Source: a virus
Direction: 5' to 3' (one strand)
Length of the DNA stretch: 64,000 bases
Virus record (IMG/VR): IMGVR_UViG_3300042934_000822
Span: 16,909 to 80,908 of that record
The notes below the pieces were generated by a model. The model was not told the DNA's origin, made no database searches, and saw only the letters and a program-made list of their open reading frames with translations. Below, in pieces: positions 18,212-28,000 of the stretch (position 1 is the first letter of the stretch; the number at the start of each line of letters is the position of its first letter). The translations under genes and the position numbers were made by a program.

Positions 18212-19203
18212 TCGGCAGCCGCATAGGGCTCGCCAAACGAGTCGTAACCGGCCTCATCCAGGGCAGTGACACCTGTTGGCGTGATCAAGTACAGCCCTGA
18301 CTCAACCTCGACCATTCCCAGCGCCAGCAGCTCGGCCAGTGCGTTCTGGTCATCGATGGCGTCAGCTTCGGCCGCCGATACCGCTGCGATCACCACCAGC
18401 TGCGCCAGGCCTGCATCACTGATCTCTGTAGGGGCGCTGTCCAGCATGCCGAGGGCCAGGCGGTAGGCCTCGGCGCTATGCTGCTGCAGCGCGGCCAGTG
18501 GCAAGTCGCCAGACTCGAGGCTCACCCGGTGATCAGCCTCCGTAGCACTCAGGGCTGCGCGCAAGACGCTCCCTGCGCCCTCTGTCGCCGCGCTGTCGAG
18601 CATTTCAGGCTTTTCCGCCACCAGGTCTCGGGCTTCGATGTAAGTCGTCGCCAGCGGCTTCACAGCGGCCTGCAGGTGAACCTGCTGAGGCGACGGCGCG
18701 CCGATGCTGTCGGTCATGACACCCAGCTGCTGCTGTAGATCAGCGACAGTTGCCTTGCGCTCGGCAATTTGCGCATCGAGCGCACTGACGCGCTCCTGCA
18801 GGGCCTGGGCCATCTTGGGCTTTGGCGTGCTCAGGCCAGGCGGAAGCGCCACCTTGACCCGGGCCTGAGCCTTCTGGAAGGCCGCCTGGTTGCTCTCTGC
18901 GGCCCTGGCCAACTCTGCAACTGCCTTGGCCATGTCGTCGTGATTCTTGATCGGCACGACGGACTTGTTCAGCACAGCCTGGAAAATGTCGCCGGTGGCG
19001 ATAACGCGCAGTGTGATCAGCTGCCCGCTGGCCAGCGTCAGGGTCGCCTCACGGTAGGTGACGCTGTTGCTGCGCTTGGGCTTGTCCATGAACTCGGTGG
19101 CCACTACCGGTTGCCCGGCGCGGATCATCCACTGCTTGATCTTTTTCAGCGCGCCCTCGGCGGCCGATGCGCTGGAGAAGTCCAGCGGGTTCGCTACTGG
19201 CAT
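18208..19203 (-). CDS. Hdf/DarA-N-like capsid-associated anti-restriction accessory protein
   Basis: SGQLITLRVIATGDIFQAVLNKSVVPIKNHDD motif, a coiled coil and MLDS motifs; start ATG 19203. Confidence 0.65.
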   Translation of the reverse strand: MPVANPLDFSSASAAEGALKKIKQWMIRAGQPVVATEFMDKPKRSNSVTYREATLTLASGQLITLRVIATGDIFQAVLNKSVVPIKNHDDMAKAVAELARAAESNQAAFQKAQARVKVALPPGLSTPKPKMAQALQERVSALDAQIAERKATVADLQQQLGVMTDSIGAPSPQQVHLQAAVKPLATTYIEARDLVAEKPEMLDSAATEGAGSVLRAALSATEADHRVSLESGDLPLAALQQHSAEAYRLALGMLDSAPTEISDAGLAQLVVIAAVSAAEADAIDDQNALAELLALGMVEVESGLYLITPTGVTALDEAGYDSFGEPYAAAD

Positions 19204-19233
19204 AGATTGCCCCCATTCTCGGTTTATGAGGCC

Positions 19234-19276
19234 ATTGTGCGCGCCTGCAGGACGGGCATTAGGCAGCATGTTTGCG
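19234..19276 (-). promoter_or_regulatory. Putative late promoter of the hdf-like gene
   Basis: CGCAAA-N31-CACAAT on the minus strand. Confidence 0.5.
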
Positions 19277-19288
19277 GGGGAGCAGCCG

Positions 19289-19315
19289 AAAAAAAGCCCC
19301 AGCTTTTGCTGAGGC
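19289..19315 (-). terminator. Rho-independent terminator
   Basis: A-tract plus gccccagc-tttt-gctgaggc hairpin. Confidence 0.6.
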
Positions 19316-19336
19316 CCTGATAGAGAGCACGAATTG

Positions 19337-19603
19337 TTACTTCTCCTCACCTTTGTCTGGAGCCGCGAGTCGTTTGTAGCTCTCGAGCACTTTGGCGCAC
19401 TTCGGCGAGCCTTTACGCGTGCCCTCAGAGATCGCATCTGCGAGTTGTTCCATAGTCTGTTGGGTGCCCACGGCTTGACCAACGGCCAAGCCCTTGATGA
19501 AGCCAGAGGCTTCTCCCATTTCGAATCCAGCCTCAAATGCGACACGCGCGGCCGCATCTACAGTGTGTTTGACGTATTTGTCGTACAAATCTTCTTGTGC
19601 CAT
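19337..19603 (-). CDS. Small hypothetical protein divergent from umuD (possibly SOS co-regulated)
   Basis: ATG 19603, MAQEDLYDKY...; followed by a terminator. Confidence 0.5.
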   Translation of the reverse strand: MAQEDLYDKYVKHTVDAAARVAFEAGFEMGEASGFIKGLAVGQAVGTQQTMEQLADAISEGTRKGSPKCAKVLESYKRLAAPDKGEEK

Positions 19604-19843
19604 GGTGAAAATCCCAATTTGCTCCTCGCCCCCTTGGCGAGGTAAGCAACGTGAGGTTACCCGTGTCTCGAACTGCCCACCAGCAGTGGTCGATAAGGTA
19701 CCAGACCACATGACGACTGGCGTTCCCATGGCCAGATCGCCAGCGCCACTGCCTCGATCGAGACACCGACCGCCTATGCCAGCTGGTTGGCAACGAAGAC
19801 ACCCGATGTGAAAAATCTTGCGGGTTACCGAATCAATGTAATA

Positions 19844-19859
19844 CTGTAAAAATATACAG
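19844..19859. promoter_or_regulatory. LexA (SOS) box
   Basis: CTGT-AAAAATAT-ACAG, a perfect CTGT-N8-ACAG, 65 bp upstream of umuD. Confidence 0.92.
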
Positions 19860-19924
19860 TAAAAATACCGATCCACCAGACGCCGCCCTAGAGCGGTTTT
19901 GACCGGCTACTTGCGGTGACACCC

Positions 19925-20356
19925 ATGTCCTACACCATCCTCGGCCCCATCGGGCCTTCTACCGTATCCCTCCCGCTGTTTGCCTGCCGCGTTCCTGCCG
20001 GCTTTCCATCCCCTGCAGCAGATCACCTGGAAAATCACATCTCCTTGGACGAGCTGTTCGACATTCGAGCACCGCACGTCTACCTGGTGAAGATTGAAGG
20101 CGACAGCATGAGCGGCGCCGGCCTCTTTACCGGTGACCTGGTGATTGTGGATCGAAGTCGCGAGGCCCGGCATGGCGATATCGTGATCGCAGCCCTGAAC
20201 GGAGAGCCGGTGTGCAAGCGGCTGCACCACAAGGGCAGTCAGCTGATCCTGCTGTCGGAAAACCCGGGCTACCCCGCGCGATACATCCTGGAAAGCGATG
20301 AAATGACCATCTGGGGCGTTGTCCGCTACAGCGTGCGCGACCATGCCTACGCCTAA
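19925..20356 (+). CDS. umuD: Error-prone DNA polymerase V subunit UmuD/RulA (S24 autopeptidase)
   Basis: VPAGFPSPAAD cleavage region, GDSM catalytic Ser, VCKRL catalytic Lys. Confidence 0.95.
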   Translation: MSYTILGPIGPSTVSLPLFACRVPAGFPSPAADHLENHISLDELFDIRAPHVYLVKIEGDSMSGAGLFTGDLVIVDRSREARHGDIVIAALNGEPVCKRLHHKGSQLILLSENPGYPARYILESDEMTIWGVVRYSVRDHAYA

Positions 20357-21623
20357 ACCTACGTTTGCCCTGGTGGACTGCAATTCGTTCTATGCGTCCT
20401 GTGAGAGGGTCTTTCGGCCTGATCTGGCCAGGACGCCGATAGTTGTCCTGTCGAACAACGATGGCTGTGTGATTGCCCGCAGCTACGACGCCAAGCCATT
20501 CGTGAAAATGGGTGCGCCCTACTTTCAGATCAAAGACACGCTGCGCAGACATGGCATCGTGGCGTTCAGCAGCAACTATGCCTTGTACGGGCAAATGTCA
20601 GAACGCGTGATGACCTTGATCGAGAGCATGGTGGCTGGCTCTGAGGTCTACAGCATCGACGAAATTTTCTGCGATCTGACCGGCCAGCCCGGCGACCTCA
20701 CAGAGCTGGGGCGCTCGATCCGCGAGCGCGTCTTGAAAGCGACGGGCATTCCAGTTGGCGTGGGCATTGCCCATACCAAGACCCTGGCCAAGCTGGCCAA
20801 CCACACAGCCAAGCGCCTGCAGCAGCACACAGGCGGCGTGGTCGATATCTGCGACTCCTTCAAACGTGATTGGGTGCTGCGCAACACTGCAGTGTCCGAG
20901 GTGTGGGGGGTTGGGCGCCGTCTGACGACTCATCTGCAGGCGATGGGTATCCGATCGGCCATGGACCTGGCCAAGGCCAACCCTGTCACCCTGCGCGCCA
21001 AATTCAGCGTCGTCCTGGAACGCACGGCTCGCGAGCTGGCAGGAGTGCCGTGCCTTGGCCTGGAAGATCCCGACCCTCCCAAGCAAGAGATTTGCTGCAG
21101 CCGCATGTTCGGCAAGCGACTCACCGAGCTATCCCCCATCAAGGAAGCGGTGGCCACCTACACAGCGCGTGCCGCTGAAAAGCTGCGTGCTCAGGGTTCC
21201 ATGTGCAAGAAGATGCGGGTCAGCGTGCGCACTGGCATGTTCAACCCCGACGAGGCCCGGTATGCAAATGGTGTCCTGGTGGAATTGCCTTACCCCACCA
21301 ACGACACACTGTTGCTGACCAATGCAGCCACGCAAGCCGTAGAGAGCATTTATCGAGAGGGCTACCGCTACAGCAAGGCCGAGATACTGCTACTCGACCT
21401 GAGGCAGCCAGGCGAGTACACAGGTGATCTGTTTGCCGTGACTCAACCGAAGAGATCCCAGGATCTGATGAACACGCTGGACAGCATCAATGCTCGGTGG
21501 GGGCGTGGTACGGTGAGGACCGCGGCCGCCCCCATCGAACCGGACTGGGGCATGCGTCGGGAGTTCATGAGCCAGAGCTACACCACGCGCATCGATCAGC
21601 TGTGGACGGTCAGTGCGCACTAG
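20343..21623 (+). CDS. umuC: Y-family DNA polymerase V subunit UmuC/RulB
   Basis: ALVDCNSFYASCE, VVLSNNDGC, YSIDE, C-terminal WGMRREFMSQSYTT. Confidence 0.95.
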   Translation: MPTPKPTFALVDCNSFYASCERVFRPDLARTPIVVLSNNDGCVIARSYDAKPFVKMGAPYFQIKDTLRRHGIVAFSSNYALYGQMSERVMTLIESMVAGSEVYSIDEIFCDLTGQPGDLTELGRSIRERVLKATGIPVGVGIAHTKTLAKLANHTAKRLQQHTGGVVDICDSFKRDWVLRNTAVSEVWGVGRRLTTHLQAMGIRSAMDLAKANPVTLRAKFSVVLERTARELAGVPCLGLEDPDPPKQEICCSRMFGKRLTELSPIKEAVATYTARAAEKLRAQGSMCKKMRVSVRTGMFNPDEARYANGVLVELPYPTNDTLLLTNAATQAVESIYREGYRYSKAEILLLDLRQPGEYTGDLFAVTQPKRSQDLMNTLDSINARWGRGTVRTAAAPIEPDWGMRREFMSQSYTTRIDQLWTVSAH

Positions 21624-21651
21624 CTCAACCCCACCCGCAGAGCGTGGTCCA

Positions 21652-21915
21652 TCAGCCCACGAGGACATTCGGCGAACCCGTAGCCTGGTGGGTGCAGTTG
21701 GCCAGGTCGCCAGCACGGCAGACTGGCTTGCCCTGGGCGAACACCGTGGCGCTGCCGGTGACCATCGCAGGGCCGGCGTGGGCGCCCACACCGTGCCCTG
21801 CAACGTCTGCCCCTACCACTGCGATCGGGGCACCGTTGACCAACACGGTGGGCGCCAGGTTGCCGGTGATGACGCCCCCGGCGTTGTCGATTCCTACTCG
21901 AGCTGCTCCAGGCAT
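21652..21915 (-). CDS. PAAR-domain spike-tip protein
   Basis: GAARVG, GAPIAVVG, GKPVCRAGD...CTH...GSPNV. Confidence 0.9.
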   Translation of the reverse strand: MPGAARVGIDNAGGVITGNLAPTVLVNGAPIAVVGADVAGHGVGAHAGPAMVTGSATVFAQGKPVCRAGDLANCTHQATGSPNVLVG

Positions 21916-21924
21916 GTCTTTCTC

Positions 21925-22368
21925 CTACTGGTTGAGTTTGATGATGCTGGCCAGCAAGGCGATCTGCGAGCCGGTGATCTCGAGCTTCGAGCCCCCGACC
22001 TGCAGGAGGATCTTGGTACCCGCCTTGAGAACGATGGTCTTGCCGGCGTTCAGGTTGAGCGCTTCGTCGGCGTTCTGCTCGATGTTGTCATGGGCCCACC
22101 GGCGCCATCCCACCCCATTGCCGACATGGGCATTACGGTATCCCATGATGATGGGATAGCGCGGGTCGCCGTTGTGAAAGCTGATGTTGACCGGTAGCCC
22201 TTCAACGATGCGGATCTCGGTGTTCTTGGCATCGTCGCCGATCGGATAGTTGATCTCGGCCAGCGGCCAGATGCTGGCGCCGTCGGTGAGCGGCGGTATT
22301 TCTACGCGGACTTCGCGTCGAGCGCGGTCTACCGAGCGCACGAAGCCTGGATACACGTCACTTGGCAT
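21925..22368 (-). CDS. Baseplate central spike (gpV/Gp5 OB-fold-like)
   Basis: VRVEIP...FHNGDPRYPIIMG plus beta-helix-like C-terminus; adjacent to PAAR. Confidence 0.8.
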   Translation of the reverse strand: MPSDVYPGFVRSVDRARREVRVEIPPLTDGASIWPLAEINYPIGDDAKNTEIRIVEGLPVNISFHNGDPRYPIIMGYRNAHVGNGVGWRRWAHDNIEQNADEALNLNAGKTIVLKAGTKILLQVGGSKLEITGSQIALLASIIKLNQ

Positions 22369-23257
22369 CGATGAGCTTCCCCATCCAGAGACGGCTGCGG
22401 TCCTCCACAGCCCCTTCGTTATTTTCCATGCAATGGGCAGCGGTCAGGACGACCAGGTTTTCGCCTGCCACGCGCAGGACGTCGCCGGCGACAACCTGCT
22501 GGCAGATCATGCTGTCGAGGATCTTGGTGCGCACCAGGACGCTGCTGGCATTGCGCAGCTGGCGCAGGTCCATCCCGGGCTGGAACTGCAGGCGACGTCC
22601 CTGGTTCATGGCCCCCTTGACGATATCGGCCTTGTCGTCGGTCGAAAAGAACGAGGGCACCTGCTGGAACTGGTGGAACTCGCTGCTGACCATAGCGCTG
22701 CTGTCGACCTGGCCGATGTTGTCGCGCGGCGCCTGCGCCATCAGGTCGACCAGGCGCATGACGCTGATCTGCCCATTGCGCAGTACCAGGGCCGCGCCTT
22801 CCTCCTGCAGCACCTGCACCAGGTGCACGCTGGGCTCAAACCCACGGAAGCAGGTGAATCGCGGCACCACAAAGTCGTTGCCGATCGTGGCATAGGCGCC
22901 GCATGCTCTGTACGCAGCGCCGAAGGTCTCCCCCTCCTGCACGACTGCAGTTTGACGCGGCTTGGCCACGCCGGCGCAGTTGTGCAGCAGGCCGATCACT
23001 TTCATGGACTGCTGCTGGTTCTTGCCCTGGACCTGGCCAAGAGGCGCGCCCCGGTCGGTATGAACGATCTCGTACTGCAGATTCTCGCGTCCGGACCAGA
23101 ACGAATTGCCCTCTACCAGGCGTTCTTCCACTCCGTCGATCAGCTTGCAGGTGAACTCGACCGTGCGGGGCACCGGCGCCAGATCAGAACGGAGGGTCCA
23201 GTTGAGCACCACGTCGGTAGGCAACTGGTCTCCGTTTTCTTTGAGCAGAATGTTCAC
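22358..23257 (-). CDS. Baseplate hub-like tail protein
   Basis: GTG 23257 overlaps the upstream TGA; located before the spike gene; LRSDLAPVPRTVE N-terminus. Confidence 0.55.
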   Translation of the reverse strand: MNILLKENGDQLPTDVVLNWTLRSDLAPVPRTVEFTCKLIDGVEERLVEGNSFWSGRENLQYEIVHTDRGAPLGQVQGKNQQQSMKVIGLLHNCAGVAKPRQTAVVQEGETFGAAYRACGAYATIGNDFVVPRFTCFRGFEPSVHLVQVLQEEGAALVLRNGQISVMRLVDLMAQAPRDNIGQVDSSAMVSSEFHQFQQVPSFFSTDDKADIVKGAMNQGRRLQFQPGMDLRQLRNASSVLVRTKILDSMICQQVVAGDVLRVAGENLVVLTAAHCMENNEGAVEDRSRLWMGKLIDAK

Positions 23258-24030
23258 CTGGTGGCGCTCCAGGTCACGCCCTCGGCCGTGCCGACGGTAC
23301 GCAGGTGCGCCACGGTGTCGTCGCTCTGGATCTCTTTCACCGAGGGGTAACCCGGCGGCGTGCAGTTGCTGCCGTCGTTGGGCTCGCCTTCCTGGGGCGC
23401 ATCGAAGAACGGAATCACGCATTTGAGCGTCAGGTCGGCCGCCAGGATCTTGAGGTTCTTGGCGTCGTGCGGCGGCGCCACGTTCATCCAGTCGATGCGG
23501 TTGGTCTCCAGCGTGACGGGCATGGGCACGCTGTACTGGCCAAACTTATAAGGGGCATCGAATCGCCGGTTCTTCGGCTCCTGGATGAACGAAGAAAGCT
23601 GGGCGGCCAGGCTCTGTGCCGACCCGCCCTCACTCGCGAAGATCACCACCTGGACCCGGCGGTCCTGCATCACGTCCTTGTAGCCATACCAGGAACCACC
23701 CTCCACGATCTGCACCAGGCGCCGGCTGGAATGCTGGCCACCCCAGTCGGCGCCGGTGCCCAGGAAGTTGTCATCCATGGCCATCAAGACCACCGGAAGC
23801 GTTCCTTCGCCATTGGACGATTGGCGATACAGCGCCAGCATTTCCTCGGCCGCGTCGATCATGCGTGCAGGCGCCCACTGAAGGGCCTCCCTGGTGGGCT
23901 TTTTCAGGAAGCGCTGCACAGCCGCGGTATCGGCGTATTCGGCATAGATCCCCTTGCGCCAGCTTGCAAGGTAACGGCCAAACCCGACTCTGGTCTGGTC
24001 GAAGCTGCCGTTCTTGTTGGTGGTGGTCAT
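23254..24030 (-). CDS. Tail completion/stability protein (P1 gp24-like position)
   Basis: 258-aa ORF coupled in the tail operon. Confidence 0.5.
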   Translation of the reverse strand: MTTTNKNGSFDQTRVGFGRYLASWRKGIYAEYADTAAVQRFLKKPTREALQWAPARMIDAAEEMLALYRQSSNGEGTLPVVLMAMDDNFLGTGADWGGQHSSRRLVQIVEGGSWYGYKDVMQDRRVQVVIFASEGGSAQSLAAQLSSFIQEPKNRRFDAPYKFGQYSVPMPVTLETNRIDWMNVAPPHDAKNLKILAADLTLKCVIPFFDAPQEGEPNDGSNCTPPGYPSVKEIQSDDTVAHLRTVGTAEGVTWSATR

Positions 24031-24077
24031 ACAGTCCTCTGCAGCGCCAGCAGCAGCTGGCGCCGGTGTAGTTGGGG

Positions 24078-24995
24078 TCAGGCCTGCTTGGTGGCGTCTT
24101 CGGCTTCTGGGGCTGCGTCCGTGGCCACAATGCCCTCCTGGGCAGCCTCAGGCGCTGGCGCCGGCTCAGCGCCAGTTGAACCCTCGCCTTGCGCAGTCTC
24201 TGTCTCGAAAGCCACAGCTGGATCGATATCGTAAGGGTCTTGGTGCTGGGCAACCTGATCGCCTTTGCTCGCTCCGGCTGCATCGATCTCATCGAAGCCT
24301 TGGCTTTCCAGCCAGGCGTCTGCACCTTCACCGGCTGGGCAGGTCGGCCAATCAGCGGTTTCAGGGACGCTCTGGCTGGCATCCAACCGGCCCAGGAGTA
24401 CGAGGTAGACCTTCCATGCCTTGACCTCGGCGACTTCCTCGGGCGTGGCCATGTCCAGCTCCACGGCATAGTTCAGCCGTGTGATCGTGTCGGTGGCCAG
24501 CTGGTTGAGCAGCCGTTTCTTGAGCGTGGCATTGGCCTGCAGGGCGCGGGTCTTTGCTGCTTCATCCTCTACCCACTCGTCCCCACTCCACTGGTCGTAC
24601 TGGCCGGGCTCTTGGAGCGTGTGCGTGGCCGGAATCGCGCCCAGGACCTCCCAAACCTGTGCTTCACCGGTTTCGACGCTGTACACGGTCTTGCCGCGAT
24701 GATCCTCGACCTCCTCCCAGCCCTTGCCGTCGTCGGCCAGCCTCATCACATGGCCAAGCCGGGCTGAGGCCTCTGGCTTACCCAGTACAGCACAGGCCGG
24801 AACGAGCCACACGCCAGGCTCCAAAGGGCTGGGGTTCGCACGGTCTGCGCGTCGATACTCGCGTGTATAGGGCGAGTAGCTGCTCACGAAAGGCGCCTCC
24901 ACTCCCTCTTCTTTCCACCACTCTGCAGGGCCAGAAAGTGACGACTCGTCGATCAGCATTGCGTCGTCCTGGGTCATTTCAATGTCTTGGGTCAT
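24078..24995 (-). CDS. Tail fibre assembly chaperone (Tfa-like) with an acidic C-terminal extension
   Basis: PLEPGVWLVPA...WEEVEDHRGKTVY...LNYAVELDMATPEE...WKVYLVLL...WP; follows the fibre gene. Confidence 0.85.
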   Translation of the reverse strand: MTQDIEMTQDDAMLIDESSLSGPAEWWKEEGVEAPFVSSYSPYTREYRRADRANPSPLEPGVWLVPACAVLGKPEASARLGHVMRLADDGKGWEEVEDHRGKTVYSVETGEAQVWEVLGAIPATHTLQEPGQYDQWSGDEWVEDEAAKTRALQANATLKKRLLNQLATDTITRLNYAVELDMATPEEVAEVKAWKVYLVLLGRLDASQSVPETADWPTCPAGEGADAWLESQGFDEIDAAGASKGDQVAQHQDPYDIDPAVAFETETAQGEGSTGAEPAPAPEAAQEGIVATDAAPEAEDATKQA

Positions 24996-25009
24996 GGGTA
25001 AATGCTCAA

Positions 25010-28000
25010 TCAGTACTTGATACAAGGGAGAAACGCGACGTTGTGTGGTCGGCCATCCGCCTCACCAGAGGGGTAAACGGTAATGACGTGGTTGTGCGCA
25101 CCAGAGGCGGAGGAAGTCCACGACTGATAGCCATCACCTACTTCATCGCCCATGACCGCGTTACCACCCGATGCCACACGGCCGGATTCGATACGTTCGC
25201 GAATAAGCGTTGTGGTGTGCGTGTGCGAACCATTAACTGCGGCGGTCGACCTGTGGGTGTGCTCGACGTTGGCGCTTTCCTGGGTCGAACCGAACACACG
25301 GTCGACGTCGAGTCCGCGCCCATCATCGAAGCCTCGGTCGAAACTGCCTCGAGAGTCCGGCAGGTTGAAGGTGGTCGAGCCATCCCCCGCGCCGAATCTC
25401 GTCCCGATCTTCTCGAACAGTGGCTTGTAGGCCGTTCGCGAGACAGCCGAACCATCACGCACCAGATACCCTGCCGGCGGCGTAGGAGTAGCGAAATGCG
25501 TGACCTCACCAACGCGATCGCCCAGCTGGCTTACACTGACAACCTCCTCGAGCTTGCCGCGATCAATGACCCAGTAATTGGTGCCGCTGCTGGCGATCTC
25601 CACCCACTCGTTGTACTGCAGGTTGAGAGTGCTGCCGGCAACCCCTGTTTCCTGTTGAATCGTGCCGCCTGAGTGGGTGATCTTCACCACGCCCGACGAC
25701 TGATTGCGGAAGGTGAAGACCAGGCCGTTCCCGATCGAACCGCTCGAAGGCAGTGTTGCCGTCGACCCTACCCCCGTCATGTTGATCCAGCGACCGGTAT
25801 CGTTGGCAGAGACCGAGTAGTTGCCGCTCGCCCCGATGCCGACCCCTGTGAAACGGCGGGTGTTGTAGTCGATCTCGCTTTGAACCCATCCGCTACTCGG
25901 CACCCGTGTCGAGCTATCACGCGCAGGTGGCGCGGCGACGTTAGCCCCTTCCGAGAACGAAAGCATGCCAGATACCAAGCTCACCGATAGCGGCCGCTTT
26001 GCGCTCCAAGCACCAAACGCATCGCCCAGGGCAGTGAGCAACAGATACAGCGTGGCGCCATCGTTGCGCCAGATCGTGCCGTACTTCTTGTTCGTGTCGA
26101 CCAACCGCAGACCATCCGTCGACGAGACGATCAGTTCCCCGTTGACCTGGGCATACGGGAAGTTGTTGGCGCCAAAGTTGAGGTTGGTACCGTCGTTGAC
26201 GATATCGGCCTGGTAGCCCTGCTCGATGTACTGCCCCACCCCACCGGAATTCTTGAGGCGCAGCGTGTAGTTGCCGCTTGTGCGGTTGAAAACAGTCCAC
26301 CGGTTCTGGCCCGTGGGCACAATGACGTCAATGTTGCCGGTCAAGGCGCCGGTGAACCATAAGACGCCGACATTCGCTTCGGCCTCGCTGAGGGTCACGG
26401 TCTTGTTGCCGGCGACGTTCTTGGTCGTGATGCCGTTGACGAAGGTGCCCACGCCCAGAGTCTGCAGCGCTGCAGCCTGGCTGTTGTCGTCCAGCAACGT
26501 CTGGGCGAACGAACTGACGCTGATCTCCGAAAAGATCTCCTTGAAGATGATCGGGTTGGCGCCAATCGACTGGTAGCCGATCCACATCCGGCCAGAGCCA
26601 TAGTCCGAGAAGATGCCGGTATAGCCGTCCTGCGCGTCACGTCGGCCCAGAATCTGCCACATGCCATAGGAGGGCGAGGTACCGGCCACGCTGACCGGGA
26701 TCGTTACGCCATTGGCCTTCGTGCCGTTGAGATCGATGAATCCGCTCCAGCCCGCTGGCTTGGACCAGTCCGATTCGCTCGTGAAAGCGACCTTCTGAGG
26801 GCGCAGAATGCCCAGGCCATAGTCACCGACCTTGAGCATCCGACCAGGCGTCGAGTCCAAATCGCCGTTGGTCTTGACCAGCGTGTCCGTGTCCCAGCAC
26901 ATGGACCACGGGGACCACTCACTGTTGTAGCGGGCCCGGTTCCACATCCGGCCATTGCTGAACTCCTGATACATCTGGGTCGTGATCCCGCTGGCGCCGT
27001 TCTGGACGAACAGCGTGCCGGCCTTGGCCAACGGGTAGTTGAGGTCCAAGCTGGCGTAGGCATTCAGCGCCTGTCCAAAAGAGCCCGAGGTGACGTAGTT
27101 GTTGAGGTTGCTGCCCGAGGGGATGGCATTGGCTGACCCCTTGATGCCCATGCCGACAGCCGTCAGCGCATCGACCACTTCGTCGGAGGTAGCCGACCTT
27201 TTCCACGGCTTCCAGCTGCTCGAGGCGCGGCCGCGGTACCAGGTGGCGTTGCCGTCGCGATCCATCAGGTATTGGCCCTGGGAAGCACCGTCCAAGACCA
27301 CATGGATGATGATCGGACTGTACATATCGCAGGTGGTGGCGCCGCTTGGCCAGGTACCTGGGGTCTTGCCACGCACGCCCATGTAGAAGCCCGAGGCAGG
27401 AATGTCGTCGACGCTGCGCCCTTCAAGCGAAATGGCGCCAGCACCCAGGCCGAAGTCCCCTACCTTGAGCATGCGGCCGGCGGTCGTATCGTCGCGCGAC
27501 GCAGTCTTCTCGAGGTTACCGCTGTGCCAGGACTCAACCCAGTCGCTCCAGCCGCTCGTCGACAGCGAACGGGTGAACACGCGCCCCCCGGACGTGGTGA
27601 AGAAGGTCTGAGCAGCCCCTGTGGCGTCGACGTTGGCGTGCACCAGCAGGCCGAAGGCCTTCACCGGCGTGTTCGCGGCTGTGCCCTGCAGGTAGTAGAA
27701 GCCGCTGGTGCTGATGGTGTTGGCGTTTCCAGATGGCTGGGCATTGCCGCCCAGGCCGAAGTCGCCCACCTGCAGCATGCGCCCTGGGGTGCTGTCGGTC
27801 CTGCTATCGGTCTTGATGAGCGTCGCCGAGTCCCAACTGAATGCCCAGGTGCTCCAGCTGCTGTTGTAACGCGCGCGGCTCCAGATCCGGCTGGTGTTGT
27901 ACTCCTGGTAGATCTGCGTGGTGATGGCGCCACCACCGGTCTGGACAAAGAGGGTGCCTGCCTTGAGCACGGGGTAGTTCAGGTCGAACGAGGTGTTGGC

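Noticed and set aside
21652-23257. PAAR and spike genes as a type VI secretion system or tailocin
   Set aside because: No T6SS membrane or ATPase genes; capsid, portal and terminase are present, so this is a phage tail tip.
24031-24080. Possible frameshift or read-through joining the fibre chaperone to the next gene (TPTTPAPAAAG in frame with ATG 24030)
   Set aside because: No slippery sequence seen, and the downstream gene has its own GAGG RBS.
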